64,000 bases of DNA from Selaginella moellendorffii (taxonomy: Eukaryota > Plantae > Lycopodiophyta), in the NCBI RefSeq assembly GCF_000143415.4, contig NW_003314315.1, positions 1,239,514-1,303,513 of the forward strand, read 5' to 3'. Below, piece by piece: positions 59,972 through 64,000 of the stretch; position 1 is the stretch's first letter, and each line of letters starts with the position of its first letter. The notes under the pieces were generated by a model, which was given only the letters and a program-made list of their open reading frames with translations, made no database searches and was not told the origin of the DNA. The translations under genes and the position numbers were made by a program.

Positions 59972-60669
59972 CTACTTAACGCTACTAAAATGTTGCCAGT
60001 CTAGCAGTGGTAGAATTTCTAGCAAGTATTTTAGAGCCGCTGCAAGCAGCAAGCCCAAAGCAAGAGCTGTCAAGACCTTGCCAATGTACTCACTTGAGAA
60101 TTCTGGCTTGGAGCCTCGGGGAACTTTGCCTCCGGGATAAAACTCGGCAATCAAGTCGTGCATCTGTTGGTAGCAGCTTAAGTGCGCAAGTTAAGAAGCC
60201 AAAGGGAAAACGAAGAAGTTTGGACTTACTTTGGCATGTTGCTGGACAGGATTGTCATCGAGTGCGCTTTTAGTGTCTTGAGCGGCATCTATCTCCTTGT
60301 GCCCTGGATCTATTCGAGCTTGTTAATTTTGTCAAGGAAGGAGCGGTAACTGACCTTGGACAAGTTTTAGTTTCCAGTTATCGCCATAGACAACGAGCTC
60401 CGCGTCGGGGCCAAACTCCACGGGCTCTTCGTTCTCCTTGAACGCCGCAATGCAAAGGATGTGGTGCGCAGCTTCGCCTAGCTTGCTTCGAATTCGCCGC
60501 ACGGCAAATCCCGCCTTGGTCCCAGCAGCAAATCGCCATGTCTGCCCGTTTGACCCAAACACCTCGACGTACTGCCAATGCCAAGCAAACGGCGATGATT
60601 TGATGAATATGGAGAGATGATTACCGCCGGCGATCCTGTTCCGGATGAAGTGGTGGTGTGCTCGGGCAT
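59972..60669 (-). CDS. Conserved uncharacterised plant protein with a C-terminal TM segment, 4 exons
   Basis: Spliced MPEHTT..|YVEVFGSNGQTWRFAAGTKAGFAV..KENEEPVEFGPDAELVVYGDNWKL|..|..YIGKVLTALALGLLLAAALKYLLEILP. Confidence 0.75.
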
Positions 60670-60796
60670 CCCTTGGTGTTCTAAGACGGACACAAAAATT
60701 TGCTACCTGGTTGCTTGGGGGCCCTAAAAAGGAGTAAAAGGAGTTAGACGAATATTCTAGCCTTTAACCGCGCTGATATACTTTGACCCGTCAACC

Positions 60797-62550
60797 ATGA
60801 GCCCTAAGAGTGTAAGGAATGGGATGGCCTGCGTTACCGTGAAGTCTGTCGATGGCAGGGTTGTGGGCGAGGAAAGATTCAATCCGCAAGAGCCAAGGAA
60901 GGTGGTGCTTAATTATCTCCAGGTCTATGAGTCTGGATGTCTGTGGAGGCCGGCAAATACATCTACGAACTAGGTGAATGTGAAAGCATCGATTTGAGTG
61001 GCTATGGTTTCTGTGACAATAGCTCGTCAGTGTGTTTATGATGCGGCTGGTTTCTGTTGATAAGTGTTCGAAGGGAATTTCTTTGGTTAATGTTTTTACT
61101 CTAAATTGTTCTCAAGGTTGTACGAAGAGCTTGGTAGAAAGGTAGAACTCGCCTACGGATTATCAAATCGAGACTCATATGCTTCCTTTGGATCCACAGT
61201 TTGAGGAGCTCCAATTGCAGCTTCCTCCTCCCGAGGAGGCACCCCCAGTTGAAGGAGCTCCACCAGCATAGGAGATCAAAATCACAGGGTCACTAGTTCT
61301 TTTGAATCATAACACGCTCTAATACATTTGGATGGGAAAGCTTAAACCTTTTGTGTGACTGCTGATACGTCAGTTGGGTTCACAAAGTGGACTTGTTTTA
61401 GTATTTTAGTGGGGGCCATGGTTTTTTAACATGACAAGTGTGCACCTGTTTCTGCAGTTGCTACCACTGCTGCTCCTATTGTTCCTGCTGGCAAGTATCT
61501 TGTCTTGCTCCTAAGGACGTTCGTCAGTTAGTTGCCTGGGTGGGTTAATTTCTGAGCGTTGTGTGGTGTGGGAATGCAGATGCTATTTGACTATTGACTG
61601 AGTTTTGGAGAAAGTGTCAGACAAGTAGGCCGTGTGGTGAGTTTTGAACACGATGAGCATTGGAGCGCCATGCCGGAATGGTATCTATGTGCGTAAGTGC
61701 TTTAAGGCTCACATGTTCACGTAACTGGGCCACCATGGATAGGCAAGTCGATGTTCATGTGGTACATGATCATGGAGGTTGCTGCAGAGCGCAAGTACAA
61801 CGTGCTCGTTGAGCTTAGCCCATTCTGGATCGCGTTTTACAAGGACGGTGTCTCTGACAGGGGCAACGAGCTGTTTAAGGGACCGGTCATTCACCTGATA
61901 GACGAACAATGTTCTGGGTCTCACTACGGTTTTGTGACCGTTTTCGGGAGTCCGAATTACAACACGACCAAATGGATTCACAAGACGGGTGGTGGTGCTC
62001 CACTCACGCAGCTTGTCCTCCCACCCTGGAGCCAAGGTAAACAGGAGTTTATAGACATGTGTTGTTACGGAGGTTGTTCGCAAGTTGGGGGGATATGTTC
62101 CCACATAGCGATGATATTGGACGAGGTGATTGTGAAGGTGGGGTTGAGGGGCATTCCAGCGTCTGTTGGGCAAACAATACTAGTTCCGTTTGACATGACG
62201 CTCAAGGATGAGTTGTATGTCGAATACACTTTCGGGTTTTCGTCGGATCACATAAAGTACTTCGATCATTGCTGGACCGTGAAAAAAGACGAGCTGCTGG
62301 AGTTTGTCACTGCATCAGAGGGGCCGACGAATATGTCCGCCTTGAGGCTATACGCCTGCATCAGATCCATCTCGCTGGGGCAGTGCTGGAGTCGAAAGCG
62401 ATTGGCCAAGACCCAGTTCCGAATCGATACGCGGATTGTATCAGCTTCATTCTGGAAAATCGACGCATCAGGTCTTACACCCACATGAATGAGATCTGGG
62501 AGGCGAAGAAGGCGGGAGTGATGTATGAGTCTCTATGTCCATTTTCACTT
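60797..62550 (+). pseudogene. Frameshifted Crinkler-type (CR-NTPase, truncated REase) pseudogene
   Basis: Header-like exon (MACVTVKSVDGRVVGEERF..EAGKYIYE); GIYVRKCF; shifted VTGPPWIGKSMFMWY (mutated Walker A); HLIDE, FGSPNY, LVLPPWS, GG; then shifted EAIRLHQI..GVMYE, ending before the REase core. Confidence 0.7.
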
Positions 62551-62645
62551 TTCCTCCACAGATGTGTACCAAGAGGCTTTCAGGATTGCAAGGATGCAGG
62601 ACATATTCGACATGGATATCTATGACATTTCTTCTGTAAAAATGA

Positions 62646-64000
62646 ATGGGATTACTGAGGAGAGCAGCCAAGGCCAACAGGAAGATCGCCCTCGTACGCT
62701 CCGGACACGAAGGGGAAGATGCACGTCTCCAACGCAGTTGCCTTGCATCTCGGCTCAAGCGCTGCGCCACCGCCGCCGATGTCGCGGAGCTCCACTCGGG
62801 CTCGTCCTCAGACCTGCTGCCACACGATACTTTCGCGTGCAATGTGCTGGTCCAGATGTATGGAAAGTTTGGGAGGATGGAGGACGCCGCAGCGGTGTTC
62901 CACGCAATCCGGAACAAGAACATCTTCTCGTGGAGCATTCTGCTGTCGGGTTGTGCCCAAAACGGGCATTTGGATGGGGCTAGGTGGGCATTTGATAATA
63001 TGCCATCCAGGAACGTCGTTGCGTGGGGCGCGCTGCTCCTTGCATTTATCCGCGCTGCACGTATGCGCGAAGCGGTCCAGACGTTTCATCGGATGCCACA
63101 GCACGACGTGGCATCGGTGGCTTCTGTCTTGACTGCGAATGCCCAGGCAGGGCATATTTTTGAAACAAAAGCTCTAATCGAGGCGATTCCTCCGGGTCAA
63201 GGCGACGTCGTTGTGTGGACGGCATTGATTGGATGTTACATTGCAGAGAACCGCATTGACGACGCCAAGCGCGTGTTTGATGGCATGGAGGAGAGGAGTG
63301 TGGTAACTTGGACCGCATTGTTCACAGGGTATGCCAACGAGGGACTCGTTGCGAATGCCAAGGTCATGTTTGACAGGATGCCCGAGCGGGACGTGGTGTC
63401 GTGGAACTCTATGGCTGCTGCGTTTGCGCAGAATGGCGACTTGCCACTTGCAAAGCAAGCTTTTGATAGTATTCCCGAGCAGAATGTGGTGTCCTGGAAC
63501 GCGATTGTCACAGCATATGCCGAGAACGGGCAGCTGCATGATGCTCTGGATCTCTTCCATAAAATGCCGGAGAGGAGAATGGTGTCGTGGAACGCTGTCG
63601 TTTCCGCGCACGCGAACTGCGGAGATGTGGAGTCGGCCAATATCTTGTTCGATCGCATGCCACAGTGGACGCTGCTTGCCTCCACCGCGATGATCGTTGC
63701 TTATGCGCACAAGAACCTTGTGGCAGAGGCGCGCCGGATCTTCCATTCTCTGGAGGCTCGCGACGTTGTGGCGTGGAACGCTATGATCTCTCTCTACGGC
63801 CAGAATGGGCTGGTGGAGGAAGCAAGCAGGGCATTCCGGCGCTTGCCAGTGAGCGAGCGCAACCTGGTCAGCTGGACGGCCATGGTGGCGGCATATGCCC
63901 AGAACGGGCATAGCAAGCAGGCCATGCAGACGTTCCAGCAGTTGGAGCTCGAGGGCGTGGAGGCGGACGAGATTTGCTTCAAGACAGTGTTGGGCTGCTG
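62646..64000 (+). CDS. PLS-class PPR protein rich in tandem short (S/SS) motifs, partial (runs off right edge)
   Basis: Manual translation from ATG 62646 (MGLLRRAAKANRKIALVRS..., transit-peptide-like) through NVLVQMYGKFG and repeated FDRMPERDVVSWN-type ~31-aa units; the frame is preserved to the window end. Confidence 0.92.
   Translation, partial: MGLLRRAAKANRKIALVRSGHEGEDARLQRSCLASRLKRCATAADVAELHSGSSSDLLPHDTFACNVLVQMYGKFGRMEDAAAVFHAIRNKNIFSWSILLSGCAQNGHLDGARWAFDNMPSRNVVAWGALLLAFIRAARMREAVQTFHRMPQHDVASVASVLTANAQAGHIFETKALIEAIPPGQGDVVVWTALIGCYIAENRIDDAKRVFDGMEERSVVTWTALFTGYANEGLVANAKVMFDRMPERDVVSWNSMAAAFAQNGDLPLAKQAFDSIPEQNVVSWNAIVTAYAENGQLHDALDLFHKMPERRMVSWNAVVSAHANCGDVESANILFDRMPQWTLLASTAMIVAYAHKNLVAEARRIFHSLEARDVVAWNAMISLYGQNGLVEEASRAFRRLPVSERNLVSWTAMVAAYAQNGHSKQAMQTFQQLELEGVEADEICFKTVLGC

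Overview
Eukaryotic nuclear DNA from a compact land-plant genome: dense genes, mostly ~50-90 nt spliceosomal introns and tiny intergenic gaps. The mix of PLS-class PPR genes, cilia-associated genes (TTC29-like, TSNAXIP1-like) and a nuclear mitochondrial-type rps10 points to a flagellated-sperm plant, most likely the lycophyte Selaginella (inference). The core (6.5-60.7 kb) holds about 22 ordinary plant genes, including Golgi alpha-mannosidase II, CK1, TAF4, ARID-HMG, fatty alcohol oxidase, RPS10, TRS85, two secreted LRR proteins, ADA1, ERD15-like, polygalacturonase, kinesin, ZF-HD, DUF707, KDSB, a GPI-anchored protein, a trihelix factor and PPRs. Both ends are fast-evolving accessory zones. 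Main observations: (1) an intact two-exon Crinkler/RHS-type gene (helical header + P-loop NTPase + restriction-endonuclease-fold domain + Cys/His tail) at 4287-6372, and a second, decayed Crinkler-type gene at ~60.8-62.5 kb; (2) an AT-rich, C-to-T-eroded relic resembling a Merlin/ISXO2 transposase at ~1.6-2.15 kb; (3) an apparently chimeric kinesin (kinesin-4 motor + PAKRP2/kinesin-10-like tail); (4) a nuclear rps10 fused to an extra helix-turn-helix module; (5) a trihelix gene whose own start is blocked by a stop codon but which could be spliced in frame to the upstream gene. No rRNA, tRNA or CRISPR was seen. All family calls come from motif recognition by eye; no searches were run, and exon models are manual.
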